From contig CBIHNF010000001.1 in assembly GCA_966211335.1 (NCBI GenBank), forward strand, positions 151,079 through 215,078: a stretch of 64,000 bases of DNA. Reading direction: 5' to 3'. Positions 1 through 9,446 of this stretch are shown one piece after another. Made by a program: the position numbers and the translations under genes. This DNA comes from an uncultured Alphaproteobacteria bacterium. GTDB taxonomy: Bacteria; Pseudomonadota; Alphaproteobacteria; Micavibrionales; UBA2020. A model generated the notes under the pieces. It saw only the letters and a list, made by a program, of their open reading frames with translations. It did not search any database and was not told where the DNA came from. Within the stretch, counting starts at the first letter, position 1; each line of letters opens with the position of its first letter.

Positions 1-2
1 CC

Positions 3-1268
3 CTCGCTTCTGTCCAGAAACTGACGGATGCGACACGCGAACTGCCCGCGGTTGCCAACGCCTTCGGCGCGGTCTGGGACGAAAGCCACGTTGACAGCTA
101 CCACACCGAATTTTACACGACACAAAGCTGCGATTCAAAAGGCCAGAACTGCACGACGCAGATTCATACCCGCCAGGTCTACGATTACACGACGCATACC
201 TACTCCTATAATCAGGCGCAGGGCGAAGCGGCCTATGTGGCGCTTGGAAACTTCCTGCAGAAATTCCCCGACCTGAACGTGCAGGAACGCCTGCATCTCG
301 CCTCCGGCACCGGCGCGGAAAACGAGGACGCCATCAAGACCAGCATGAAGGACCGCTTCAAGGACAAGGCGATGACGGCGGCGGAAGCCTTGGGCCTTGC
401 CAACACCTGGGCATCGGGTTCCAACTTTACCAAATACACGCCCATCATTCGCAATAGCGAAGCGCAGCTGAACAACCTGCTGCCGGCCTGGGCGCAGGGC
501 AAGGGCACCGCGCAGAGCACCAGCTACCGCACCTATTCGCATAGCGATGCGGGCCCGAGAGAATACCAGATTGCGGAAGCCGTGCGCGATAACGCCGTCA
601 CCGCGAATAACTCATCCGTGAAAATTATCGACGGTATCGCCTATGCAGGCAGCGCCGTGCCGAGCCTGTCGCGCCAGATCCGCGATTATGTGGATGTCTC
701 GCTGCACGGCAAGGCCGGCGACCCCGACAAAATGCGCAGCCAGCTGATGAAAAGCGCGCGCGATCTGTACGACAAAAACTTCGAGAACGGTTTTGACGTC
801 AACCCCTTCAAGTGGCTGATGATCGTCCTTTATACCACCCTCGGCATGGCGCTGGGCGGCGGCATGGGCGCCGGCGTCAACTGGCTGCTCGACAAGAAGA
901 AGGAAGCCGCATGGCGCCGCGGCATCGACATCACCAAGTGGAAACCCATCACCTTCAAGAAGCGCGAAAAGCTGCCGCCGGTCTATAAAGGCCGCGACGA
1001 GGTTGCGCCGCAGGCACCGAAACAAGAACCGAAACCGGTCACTTACCCCAGCGCCAGCGACGTTTTTGCAGCTGAAGCCAAGAAGGCTGACAGCGGCAAT
1101 GTCATCACGCTGCCGAAAGAAGCAACGGAAACGCCGGAAGTGCCGGAAACTATTCCGCCGCAAACGCCGGCCAACCAGAACAAGCCTGTGGAGGACGCAG
1201 CCAAGCAGGCCGCGAACAGTGCCACCATGGCCGAGCGCTGGCGCCGCATTCGCGATTTCAAGCTGTAA
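3..1268 (+). CDS. Hypothetical membrane-anchored protein, 5'-partial; the reading frame is open from the window edge
   Basis: Frame 3 has no stop from nt 3 through to the listed 237..1268 ORF, so the GTG at 237 is probably not the true start. There is one hydrophobic Gly-rich segment (WLMIVLYTTLGMALGGGMGAGVNWLL), followed by a Lys/Pro/Glu-rich tail. I recognise no family. Confidence 0.55.
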   Translation, partial: LASVQKLTDATRELPAVANAFGAVWDESHVDSYHTEFYTTQSCDSKGQNCTTQIHTRQVYDYTTHTYSYNQAQGEAAYVALGNFLQKFPDLNVQERLHLASGTGAENEDAIKTSMKDRFKDKAMTAAEALGLANTWASGSNFTKYTPIIRNSEAQLNNLLPAWAQGKGTAQSTSYRTYSHSDAGPREYQIAEAVRDNAVTANNSSVKIIDGIAYAGSAVPSLSRQIRDYVDVSLHGKAGDPDKMRSQLMKSARDLYDKNFENGFDVNPFKWLMIVLYTTLGMALGGGMGAGVNWLLDKKKEAAWRRGIDITKWKPITFKKREKLPPVYKGRDEVAPQAPKQEPKPVTYPSASDVFAAEAKKADSGNVITLPKEATETPEVPETIPPQTPANQNKPVEDAAKQAANSATMAERWRRIRDFKL

Positions 1269-1273
1269 ATCCG

Positions 1274-2875
1274 TCAGGCTTTCCTTGCCGCTATCGTCGG
1301 CAGCAGGCTGGAGAATTCTTTATAGTCGACGGGCTTCACGAGGTAGTGGTCAAAGCCCGCCTCGACCGCGAGTTCCTTGTCACGCGCCTGCCCCCAGCCC
1401 GTCTGCGCGATCAGCACTGTATTTTTAAAGGCAGGGTCTTTGCGCAATTCGCGCGCCACGTCATAGCCGTTCATGCCCGGCAGGCCGATATCGAGCATGA
1501 TGATATCGGGATGCAGCACGCGCGCTTTTTCCAGCGCCTCGAGGCCGTCATGCGCCAGCACCGGCAGGTGCCCCAGCATTTCGATCATCCAGCCGGTGGT
1601 CTTGGCGGAGTCAACATTGTCGTCAACGACGAGAATGTGCAGGGCTTCCGCCACCTCTGCCTTGGCGCGGGCGGCGGCCAGCGCCGGATCATCCGTCACG
1701 CCGACGGCGAGCGGCAGGCGGATGGTGAAGGCGCTGCCGTTGTTCAGCCCCGCGCTTTCCGCCGTGATGCTGCCGCCATGCATGTCAACAAGGCGGCGCA
1801 CGAGAGCAAGACCAATGCCAAGGCCGCCTTTGGAGCGTTCCAGATGCCTGTCGACCTGCGTGAAAAGGTCAAAAACTTTCGGCAGCATGTCGCCCGGAAT
1901 GCCAAGGCCGTTATCGGCCACGGTCACCACCGCCTCACCGCCGTCACGCCGCGCGGTTAGGGTGATGCGCCCGCCATCCGGCGTGTATTTCGCGGCGTTG
2001 TTGAGCAGGTTGCTGACAGCCTGCGAAATCCTGGTGCTGTCGGCATCGAGCCAAAGCGGCTCCTCCGGCACCTCGATGACCAGCTTGTGGCGCGCGGTGT
2101 CGATCAGCGGCTGGCTGGTTTCAACCGCCGACTTCAGCGCCGACTGCAGCGTGATACGTTCCTTGCGCAGATCAATCTTGCCCTGGCTGACGCGGGAGAC
2201 ATCGAGCAAGTCATCGATCAGCCGGACAAGGTGGGTCAGCTGCCTGTCCATCATGCCGCGCACTTCTTCCGCCTGCGGGCCATCCGGCGCCATACGCAGG
2301 ATTTGCAAACCGTTGCGGATAGGGGCAAGCGGGTTGCGCAGTTCATGCGCCAAAGTGGCTAGGAATTCATCCTTGCGGCGGTCGGCGTCCCTCAGCGCGA
2401 CGGCGTACTGGCGGCTTTCATGCAGCAGGTATTCGTTTTCATCGGCGGTCACCTTTAGGGAGTCGCGCTGGCGGGCCAGCTGCAGCTGCTGCCGTGCGAG
2501 GGAGAAGAACACATCCGCCTTGCTGCGCAGCACATCCGCCTCGATCGGCTTTTGCAGGAAGTCGACGGCGCCGGCTTCATAACCGCGGAAGCGGCGCTGG
2601 CGGTCAGCCTCCCCTGCGGTCAGGAAAATAATCGGCACGCGGCGCGTGCGCTCCGTCCCGCGCATGAGTTCGGCGAGTTCAAAGCCGTCCATGCCGGGCA
2701 TCTGCACATCAAGCAGGGCGAGGGAAATTTCATGGGTGAGCAAAATTTCCAGCGCCTCGGTGCCGGAGCGCGCCTTTAAAATGACAAGGTTGTCGCGGCG
2801 CAGCAGCGCTTCCAGCGCCATCAGGTTTTCGGGCAGGTCGTCGACGAGCAGGAAATAAACCGGGTCTTTTGGCAT
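1274..2875 (-). CDS. Hybrid sensor histidine kinase (REC-coiled coil-HisKA-HATPase-REC)
   Basis: The N-terminal receiver reads LLVDDLPENL...LLDVQMPGMDGFEL. The H-box is LATLAHELRNPLAPI and the ATPase G-boxes are DNGLGIP and GGLGIGLALV. The C-terminal receiver reads ILVVDDNVDSA...MLDIGLPGMNGYDV. It is the last gene of the operon with cheB, cheR and the CHASE3 kinase. Confidence 0.9.
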   Translation of the reverse strand: MPKDPVYFLLVDDLPENLMALEALLRRDNLVILKARSGTEALEILLTHEISLALLDVQMPGMDGFELAELMRGTERTRRVPIIFLTAGEADRQRRFRGYEAGAVDFLQKPIEADVLRSKADVFFSLARQQLQLARQRDSLKVTADENEYLLHESRQYAVALRDADRRKDEFLATLAHELRNPLAPIRNGLQILRMAPDGPQAEEVRGMMDRQLTHLVRLIDDLLDVSRVSQGKIDLRKERITLQSALKSAVETSQPLIDTARHKLVIEVPEEPLWLDADSTRISQAVSNLLNNAAKYTPDGGRITLTARRDGGEAVVTVADNGLGIPGDMLPKVFDLFTQVDRHLERSKGGLGIGLALVRRLVDMHGGSITAESAGLNNGSAFTIRLPLAVGVTDDPALAAARAKAEVAEALHILVVDDNVDSAKTTGWMIEMLGHLPVLAHDGLEALEKARVLHPDIIMLDIGLPGMNGYDVARELRKDPAFKNTVLIAQTGWGQARDKELAVEAGFDHYLVKPVDYKEFSSLLPTIAARKA

Positions 2876-2880
2876 GTCGT

Positions 2881-3465
2881 TTACTTTTCACCTGCAGTTT
2901 GAAGGGCTGCCGCAATTTCGGCAAGGGTGAGGATTTCGGCGCTGGCGCAGGCTTTGGCGGCTGCTTCCGGCATGGCGGAGGCATAGGCAGTATCCGGCCG
3001 CTGCACCAGCGCCCGGCCGCCAGCACCGGCAATGGCGGCAAGCCCGGCCGCGCCGTCATTATTGGCGCCGGTCAGGATGACGCCGATGGTGTTTTCGCCA
3101 TAGGCATCCGCGGCGCTTTCAAACAAAACGTCGATGGAAGGCCTTGAATACAGCACCGGCTCATCGCTGGAGAGGGACAGCGTGCCGCTGCCTTCCACCA
3201 GCAAATGGTAATCAGGCGGCGCGATATAGACATGCCCGGGCTCGAGCGGTTCTTTATCCTCCGCCTCCTGCACCTTGACCTTGCATTTCGCGCCCAAAAG
3301 TTCGGCAACGACGCTTTTTTTGTCGGGCGGCACATGCATGACGATGACGACCGGCAGAGAGAAATTTTCCGGCAGGGCGGGCAGAATGGCGTAAAAAGCC
3401 TCCAGCGCGCCGGCGGAGGCGCCCATGACGACGATATTGTCAAAAGATTTACGCGCTGCCGTCAT
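2881..3465 (-). CDS. cheB: CheB-type protein-glutamate methylesterase, catalytic domain only (no receiver domain)
   Basis: NIVVMGASAGALEAF... contains the CheB GASAGG-like serine motif, with VVIVMHVPP and a YIAPPDYHLLVE-type segment. At 194 aa it is too short to carry an N-terminal REC domain. Its start overlaps the cheR stop (ATGA, 3462-3465). Confidence 0.85.
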   Translation of the reverse strand: MTAARKSFDNIVVMGASAGALEAFYAILPALPENFSLPVVIVMHVPPDKKSVVAELLGAKCKVKVQEAEDKEPLEPGHVYIAPPDYHLLVEGSGTLSLSSDEPVLYSRPSIDVLFESAADAYGENTIGVILTGANNDGAAGLAAIAGAGGRALVQRPDTAYASAMPEAAAKACASAEILTLAEIAAALQTAGEK

Positions 3466-4286
3466 ACGCCGCCCCGCTTCTGGTAGATTTTTTCATCACG
3501 CGCGAATTCGGTGAAGGACTCCGCATGGCTTGAAAAGCGCAAGGATTCCTTGGAGCCGAGGCCGAGGAAGCCCTGCCGCGACAGGGAGTCGCGGAAGAGG
3601 CCGATCGCCCTGTCCTGCAGTGGCCGGTCGAAATAGATCAGCACGTTGCGGCAGGAAATGACCTGCACTTCGGCGAAGACGGAATCGGTGACAAGGCTGT
3701 GGTCGGAAAACACCGTGCGCTGGCGCAGCGTTTTATCGAAGGAAGCTGCGCTGTAGGCAGCCGTGTAATAATCGGATAGCGACGATTTGCCACCGGATTT
3801 CTGGTGATTTTCGGTGAACTGGCGGATGCGGTCAAGGCTGTAGACGCCGGCTTCGGCTTTTTTCAGCGCCTCGGGGTTGATGTCGGTCGCGTAGAACTGT
3901 GTCCGGCTTTCGAGACCCTCCTCGCGGAACATGATGGCGAAGGAATAAAGCTCCTCCCCCGCACTGCAGCCAGCGATCCACACCTTGAGGGAGGGATAAG
4001 TGCGCAGATGCGGAATAACCTTTTCCCGGAAGGCCTTGAAATAAGCCGGGTCGCGGAAGACTTCCGAGACCTGCACCGTCATGAAGGCCAGCATCTGCGG
4101 CAGAGTTGAGGGGTCATGCAGCACGCGGTCCTGCAGCTGGGAATAGCTGGTGCAGCCGAAATGATGCCGCGCCTGGTTAAGCCGGCGCTTCAGCGACGCC
4201 ATGGAATAGCCGCGGAAGTCGTAGTGATACTGCCGGAAAATCGCCTCGAGCAGCAGCTTCATCTCGATGTCGTCGATCTTATCCAA
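3462..4286 (-). CDS. cheR: CheR-type protein-glutamate O-methyltransferase
   Basis: The N-terminal helical CheR domain reads LLEAIFRQYHYDFRGYSMASLKRR. The SAM-binding core is LKVWIAGCSAGEELYSFAIMF, followed by ISCRNVLIYF. Confidence 0.9.
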   Translation of the reverse strand: MDKIDDIEMKLLLEAIFRQYHYDFRGYSMASLKRRLNQARHHFGCTSYSQLQDRVLHDPSTLPQMLAFMTVQVSEVFRDPAYFKAFREKVIPHLRTYPSLKVWIAGCSAGEELYSFAIMFREEGLESRTQFYATDINPEALKKAEAGVYSLDRIRQFTENHQKSGGKSSLSDYYTAAYSAASFDKTLRQRTVFSDHSLVTDSVFAEVQVISCRNVLIYFDRPLQDRAIGLFRDSLSRQGFLGLGSKESLRFSSHAESFTEFARDEKIYQKRGGV

Positions 4287-4319
4287 TTCAAGTTCCTGCT
4301 TTCGGGGGCGTACCGCTCA

Positions 4320-7300
4320 TCATCTCGGCATCCAGACCCGGACGAGGGAGAGAAGTTTTTCGACGTCGAGTGGTTTGGCCATGTAATCGTTCGCGCCGGC
4401 ATCAAGGCAGCGCTCCTGGTCGTCCTTCATCGCTTTTGCGGTCAGCATGATGACGGGCAGTTTTTTCAGCTCCGGCATGCGGCGGATTTCGCGGGTGGCG
4501 GTCAGGCCATCCATTTCCGGCATCATGACGTCCATCAGCACAAGGTCAATCGCCTCGCCTTTTTCCTTGAAGGACGTCAGCGCCGTCAGCGCCTCGCGCC
4601 CGTTGCGGGCGATATGGACGATAGCGCCTTCGGGCTCGAGGATATTGGTGAGGGCATAAACGTTGCGGACGTCATCCTCCACCACAAGAATACGGCGGCC
4701 CTGCAGCACTTCGTCGCGGCTGCGCGCCTGTTCCAGCATTTTCTGCTGTGCGGCCGGCAGGTCCGACACGACCTGATGCAGGAAGAGCGTGACTTCATCC
4801 AGCAGCCGCTCCGGCGATTTGGCGCCCTTGATAATGATGGATTTGGAATAGCGGCGCAGGCGATGCTCTTCCTCCGACGACAATTCGCGGCCGGTGTAGA
4901 CGATGACCGGCGGGAAGGAATAGGCGTCTTCACTGCTTAAAGTTTCCAGCAGCGTATAACCTGAGGCATCCGGCAGCGAGAGATCGAGCACCATGCAGTC
5001 GAAAGTTTCGGTTTTCAGTTTTTCAAGGCATTCGCCCGCGGTGCCGACGCCGACGGTCTGCACATCGGCGGTGCCGAGCAGTTTGCCGACGCTGTCGCGC
5101 TGCACGGCGTCATCCTCCACAATCAGGACGCGGCGCATATGCTTGTCGAGGCGGGATTCAAGCTTTTTCAGCACATCGACCAGCTCTTCGCGCTTCACCG
5201 GTTTCAGCATATAGCCGATAGCGCCGAGCTGCAGCGCCTTCTGCGCGTAATCGCCGCCGGAGACGACGTGCACCGGAATGTGCCGCGTGCGCGGGTTGCG
5301 CTTGAGGCGGTCGAGGACGGAGAGGCCGGAGTTATCGGGCAGGCCGACGTCCAGCACCACCGCGCTCGGCAGGTATTGCTTGGCAAGCGCCAGCGCCTCT
5401 TCCGCGGTGTTGGAGATGATGCACTGGAAGTCGAGCTCATGCGCAAGGTCGTAGAGGATGCGGGCAAAGGATTCATCATCCTCGACCACCAGTATGGTGT
5501 GACTCGTGGCGGTCAGCCGTTCGCGGTCGTCTTCCACCCATTTGATTTTATGTTTGCTGTTGCGCGGCGGCACGGGCGCTTCCGGCACGGCGGCGGCGGG
5601 CAGTTCGGGGGCGAGGTTGAACGTCGGCTTCAGCACCGTCTTTTCGTCATAGCTTTCCGGCAGCACGAGCGTGAAGGTCGAGCCTTTGCCGGGTTCGCTC
5701 TCGAGCTCGATGGAGCCGCCGAGCAATCTTGCGAACTCGCGTGAGATGGAAAGGCCAAGGCCGGTGCCGCCGTATTTGCGGCTGATGGTACCGTCCGCCT
5801 GGCGGAAGGCATCGAAAATGGCTTTTTGCTGTTCCTTCGACACGCCAATGCCGGTATCCGTCACTGCCAGCGCAATGCGGCCGTCGTCGCGGCGGCTGAT
5901 GGCGAAAGTGACGCCGCCCTTTTCGGTGAATTTGAAGGCGTTCGAGAGCAGGTTTTTCAAGACCTGCTCCAGCCGCTGGCGGTCGGTGTCGATGGTGTCC
6001 GGCAGCCCCTCGCCCAGCTTGTTGTCGAGGCGGAGACCCTTCTGCTGCGCGATCGGCTCGAAGATGCGGGACATATCGCTGATGAGGCGGGACAGCGGCA
6101 CCGCTTCCGGCCGGATCTCCATATGCCCCGCCTCGATTTTGGAAAGGTCGAGAATGTCGTTGATGAGCGCCAAGAGGTCATTACCCGCCGCCTGAATGGT
6201 GAGGGCGTATTTGACCTGCTCGGCCGTCAGGTTCTTCTCCGGATTGTCGGCCAGCAGTTTGGCGAGGATGAGGGAGGAGTTGAGCGGCGTGCGCAGCTCA
6301 TGGCTCATATTGGCAAGGAAGTCGGACTTATAGCGGCTCGCCTGTTCCAGCTCTTTCGCCTTGAAATCGACAAGGGCTTTCGCGGTCGCGAGATCATCGC
6401 GCTGCACTTCAAGCTGCTGGGTTTGTTCTTCCAGCTGGGAGTTGGTCTGCTCCAGCTCCGCCTGCTGCTGCTCGAGCCGGCTTTGCGAATCCTTCAGCGC
6501 GCGGGATTGTTCTTCCAGCTCCTCGTTGTTGACGCGCAGCTCTTCTGACTGCGCCTGCAGCTCTTCCGCCTGACGCTGCGTTTCTTCGAGGAAGTCCTGC
6601 AGGTTGGCGCGGTAGTTGGCGGAGCGGATGGCGACGCTGACGGTTTCCGAGACATTCGACAACAGCTCGGTCACATAGCTGTCGATGGGGTGGATGAAGC
6701 CAAGCTCGACGACGCCGTTGACGAGGCCTTCGGAGGACGCCGGCGAGATGATTAGATGGCGCGGCTTGCCGCGGCCGAGGCCGGAGCCCGCGGCGATATA
6801 ACCGTCCGGCAGGTCGTTGATGACGATGGTGCGCGCGTCTTTCGCGGCGGCGCCGAGGAGCCCCTGCCCCAGCGCGAAGCCCTGCGGCACGGCGGCATCA
6901 TCCGGCAGGCCGAAGGCGGCGATGCGGCGGTATTCTCCGCCTTCGCGCACGAAGAAGGCGCCGGCATGCGCATCGGCATATTGCGCGATGTATTTCAGCA
7001 CGTTTTCGCCGAGCTGTTCCATGCGCTGGTCGCCCGCCATGACCATGCTGAGGCCAACCTGGCCGGACTGCAGCCATTGCTGCCGCACGCGCGCCATGGA
7101 GTTGCGGCGCACCAGATAGGCCACAACGGCCGAGAGCAGCACACCCAGCAAACAGGTGATGGCGCCGCTGACCAGCGTGGTGCGGTAGGATTCCTGCATT
7201 TCAAGGATGCGCTGCTGGCGAACAACGCTTTCATCCCGCTTCATATCATCGACCGCACCGCGCAGCGCGTCCATATAAGTCTTGCCGCGGTCGGACAGCA

Positions 7301-7787
7301 CAACCGCCATGGCGGCATCGAGCCCTTTATCGCGGCGGAGGTCGATGGTTTCTTTCAGCTCCTGCAGCTTGGCGGCGATATTGCTGCGCAGCGTCGCAAG
7401 GCGTATTTCATGCTCGGGGTTGTCGGCGGTCAGGCGCTCGACATTGCCAATTTGCTCGCCAATGCTGGCAACGGCGTTTTCATAGGGCGCGAGATATTTG
7501 ACATCGCCCGTCAGCACATAGCCGCGCTGCCCTGTTTCGGCGTCTTTCATGTACGACAGCAGATCGCTGACGCTGGCCAGAACCTCATGCGTATGCGCGA
7601 CCGCCTGCTGGCCATCCAGCAATGCTTTCGTATTCGCGTAGGAGAGCACGCCCGAGCCGATGAAGAACAGCACCACGGCCGCAAGCCCGAGGGAGACGAC
7701 GAAGTCCGACTTCATCTGGCGGCTGGCATTGGTAGAGCCGTCTGTCACATAGCCGGATTTTGGGGCGGGGGCGGTTGAGGCGGGCAT
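4320..7787 (-). CDS. CHASE3-TM-GAF-coiled coil hybrid histidine kinase with three C-terminal receiver domains
   Basis: A CHASE3-like periplasmic region (THEVLASVSDLLSYMKDAETGQRGYVLTGDVKYLAPY) is flanked by two hydrophobic helices. It is followed by a GAF-like region, a long heptad coil, the H-box FLANMSHELRTPLNS and the HATPase motifs DTGIGV and GGTGLGLSI. Three REC domains follow (ILVVEDDESFA, VLIVEDDAVQ, ILVVEDDVRN). The start could be the internal Met at codon 25. Confidence 0.9.
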   Translation of the reverse strand: MPASTAPAPKSGYVTDGSTNASRQMKSDFVVSLGLAAVVLFFIGSGVLSYANTKALLDGQQAVAHTHEVLASVSDLLSYMKDAETGQRGYVLTGDVKYLAPYENAVASIGEQIGNVERLTADNPEHEIRLATLRSNIAAKLQELKETIDLRRDKGLDAAMAVVLSDRGKTYMDALRGAVDDMKRDESVVRQQRILEMQESYRTTLVSGAITCLLGVLLSAVVAYLVRRNSMARVRQQWLQSGQVGLSMVMAGDQRMEQLGENVLKYIAQYADAHAGAFFVREGGEYRRIAAFGLPDDAAVPQGFALGQGLLGAAAKDARTIVINDLPDGYIAAGSGLGRGKPRHLIISPASSEGLVNGVVELGFIHPIDSYVTELLSNVSETVSVAIRSANYRANLQDFLEETQRQAEELQAQSEELRVNNEELEEQSRALKDSQSRLEQQQAELEQTNSQLEEQTQQLEVQRDDLATAKALVDFKAKELEQASRYKSDFLANMSHELRTPLNSSLILAKLLADNPEKNLTAEQVKYALTIQAAGNDLLALINDILDLSKIEAGHMEIRPEAVPLSRLISDMSRIFEPIAQQKGLRLDNKLGEGLPDTIDTDRQRLEQVLKNLLSNAFKFTEKGGVTFAISRRDDGRIALAVTDTGIGVSKEQQKAIFDAFRQADGTISRKYGGTGLGLSISREFARLLGGSIELESEPGKGSTFTLVLPESYDEKTVLKPTFNLAPELPAAAVPEAPVPPRNSKHKIKWVEDDRERLTATSHTILVVEDDESFARILYDLAHELDFQCIISNTAEEALALAKQYLPSAVVLDVGLPDNSGLSVLDRLKRNPRTRHIPVHVVSGGDYAQKALQLGAIGYMLKPVKREELVDVLKKLESRLDKHMRRVLIVEDDAVQRDSVGKLLGTADVQTVGVGTAGECLEKLKTETFDCMVLDLSLPDASGYTLLETLSSEDAYSFPPVIVYTGRELSSEEEHRLRRYSKSIIIKGAKSPERLLDEVTLFLHQVVSDLPAAQQKMLEQARSRDEVLQGRRILVVEDDVRNVYALTNILEPEGAIVHIARNGREALTALTSFKEKGEAIDLVLMDVMMPEMDGLTATREIRRMPELKKLPVIMLTAKAMKDDQERCLDAGANDYMAKPLDVEKLLSLVRVWMPR

Positions 7788-8122
7788 GGCGGCATTCCAT
7801 TCAATACGTTACGGCGAAAGCAGGCCGCCCGCGGAAATTCCGCCGGCGTTCTGTCGGGGCAGCAATGGCAGGAAGAAGCCAAATCTAAAGGTCGCAAAGC
7901 CGGTTTGGAGTAAACCCCTTAGCCGGTACGCCCTGATGGTTGAAAAAGCCGCCCCCCAAGATAGGCATGTTAAGGTCTTCATCCAGCTAAAACAACAACT
8001 TAAACCTGCACGAGCCGCCGCAGTGAATGTACGCACGGGGTTAAAAAAAGTTCCCGGCCCCCCGCGGCGTTATTTACATACCGGAGCATGGCGAGGGCGG
8101 ACTTGACTCCCGCCCCCGATAA

Positions 8123-8137
8123 GAACAAAATAGGAAC
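8123..8137 (+). promoter_or_regulatory. Candidate LexA (SOS) box, GAAC-N7-GAAC
   Basis: The sequence is GAACaaaatagGAAC, about 20 nt upstream of the ATG at 8157 of the Y-family polymerase. It matches the direct-repeat GTTC-N7-GTTC / GAAC-N7-GAAC LexA operator described for Alphaproteobacteria. Confidence 0.55.
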
Positions 8138-8156
8138 AAAGGGGCGATTCCGCATT

Positions 8157-9446
8157 ATGTCATCTTCCACCACTCCGCTCGACCTGCGCTGGCTCTATGT
8201 CGACTTCAACAGCTACTTCGCGAGCGTGGAGCAGCAGCTGAACCCGGCCCTGCGCGGCCGGCCGGTAGCCGTGGTGCCGGTGCTGACCGATTCAACCTCC
8301 GCCATCGCCGCGAGCTATGAGGCGAAAGCCTTCGGCATCAAAACCGGCACGCCGGTCTGGGAGGCGAAAAAGATCTGCCCCGATATCGCCATCGTCCTCG
8401 CGCGGCACGACAAATATGTCGAATTCCACCAGGCCATTCTGGCGGAGATGGACAATCATATTCCCGTCTCCAAAGTCTGCTCGATCGATGAAGTCGCCTG
8501 CGCGCTGATGAAGAACGAAAGAAGCGTGGAGCGGGTGACGGAGATTGCCGCCAGCATCAAGCGCGGCCTCCGGGAGAATGTGGGTGAATTCGTCAAATGC
8601 TCGATTGGCGTTGCGCCCAGCAAGTACCTCGCCAAGGTTGCGACCGACCTGCAAAAGCCGGACGGCTTCACTATTCTGCGCGGGGAGGATTTGCCGGGCC
8701 GCCTGCTGGAGCTAAAGCTGCGCGACCTGCCCGGCATCGGCCACAATATGGAGCTGCGGCTGAACAAGGCCGGCATCCGCACCATGCGCCAGCTTTACGC
8801 CCTGCAGCCGCGGCATATGCGCGCCATCTGGGGGAATATCTGGGGCGAGAAAATGTGGTACTACCTGCGCGGCGCGGATCTGCCCGACGCGGATGAAAAC
8901 ACCGAAACACGCTCCATCGGCCATAGCCATGTGCTGGCGCCGGAGGTGCGCCCGCCGGCGGAAGCCTATCAGGTCGCAAAGCGCCTGACCATGAAGGCAA
9001 CCGCGCGCCTCCGCCGTGCCGAATTCTACGCCAGCCGCTTTGCCCTCTCGATCAGCCTTGAAAACGGCACGCGTTACGGGCGGGAAGCCCAGTGCCGCGC
9101 TTCAATGGACAGCTTCACCTTCCTCGAGCTGCTGGAAAAAATGTGGCGGGAAATCATGAAGGAGGTGCGCGGCGCGCGTATCAAGAAACTCGGGGTCACC
9201 CTCTACGGACTGACGCCCGAAGCGGAAGTGACCGTGCAGCAGGACCTATTCGACCTCTTGACCGCCCCCGCCGCCGCAAAACGCCAGCAGGTGAACGAAA
9301 CGCTTTCAACAACCATGGACAAACTCAACCAGAAATTTGGCAAAAACACCGTCCTCCTCGGCATGGCGCCGTCGGGAGGAAAAGACGGCACCTCGACCAA
9401 GGTGGCATTCAACCGGATACCGGATGTGGAGGAGTTTAGGGAGTGA
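8157..9446 (+). CDS. Y-family (DinB/UmuC superfamily) DNA polymerase
   Basis: The catalytic motifs LYVDFNSYFASVEQ and CSIDEVACAL are present, with a LPGIGHNMELRL helix-hairpin-helix-like segment. I prefer the ATG at 8157 (MSSSTTPLDLRW) over the listed 8088 start because the putative operator lies between them. Confidence 0.85.
   Translation: MSSSTTPLDLRWLYVDFNSYFASVEQQLNPALRGRPVAVVPVLTDSTSAIAASYEAKAFGIKTGTPVWEAKKICPDIAIVLARHDKYVEFHQAILAEMDNHIPVSKVCSIDEVACALMKNERSVERVTEIAASIKRGLRENVGEFVKCSIGVAPSKYLAKVATDLQKPDGFTILRGEDLPGRLLELKLRDLPGIGHNMELRLNKAGIRTMRQLYALQPRHMRAIWGNIWGEKMWYYLRGADLPDADENTETRSIGHSHVLAPEVRPPAEAYQVAKRLTMKATARLRRAEFYASRFALSISLENGTRYGREAQCRASMDSFTFLELLEKMWREIMKEVRGARIKKLGVTLYGLTPEAEVTVQQDLFDLLTAPAAAKRQQVNETLSTTMDKLNQKFGKNTVLLGMAPSGGKDGTSTKVAFNRIPDVEEFRE

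Noticed and set aside
8088-8156. The upstream start codon listed for the Y-family polymerase (452-aa version).
   Set aside because: The extension (MARADLTPAPDKNKIGTKGRFRI) would be translated across the putative LexA box and adds no conserved sequence. I prefer the ATG at 8157.
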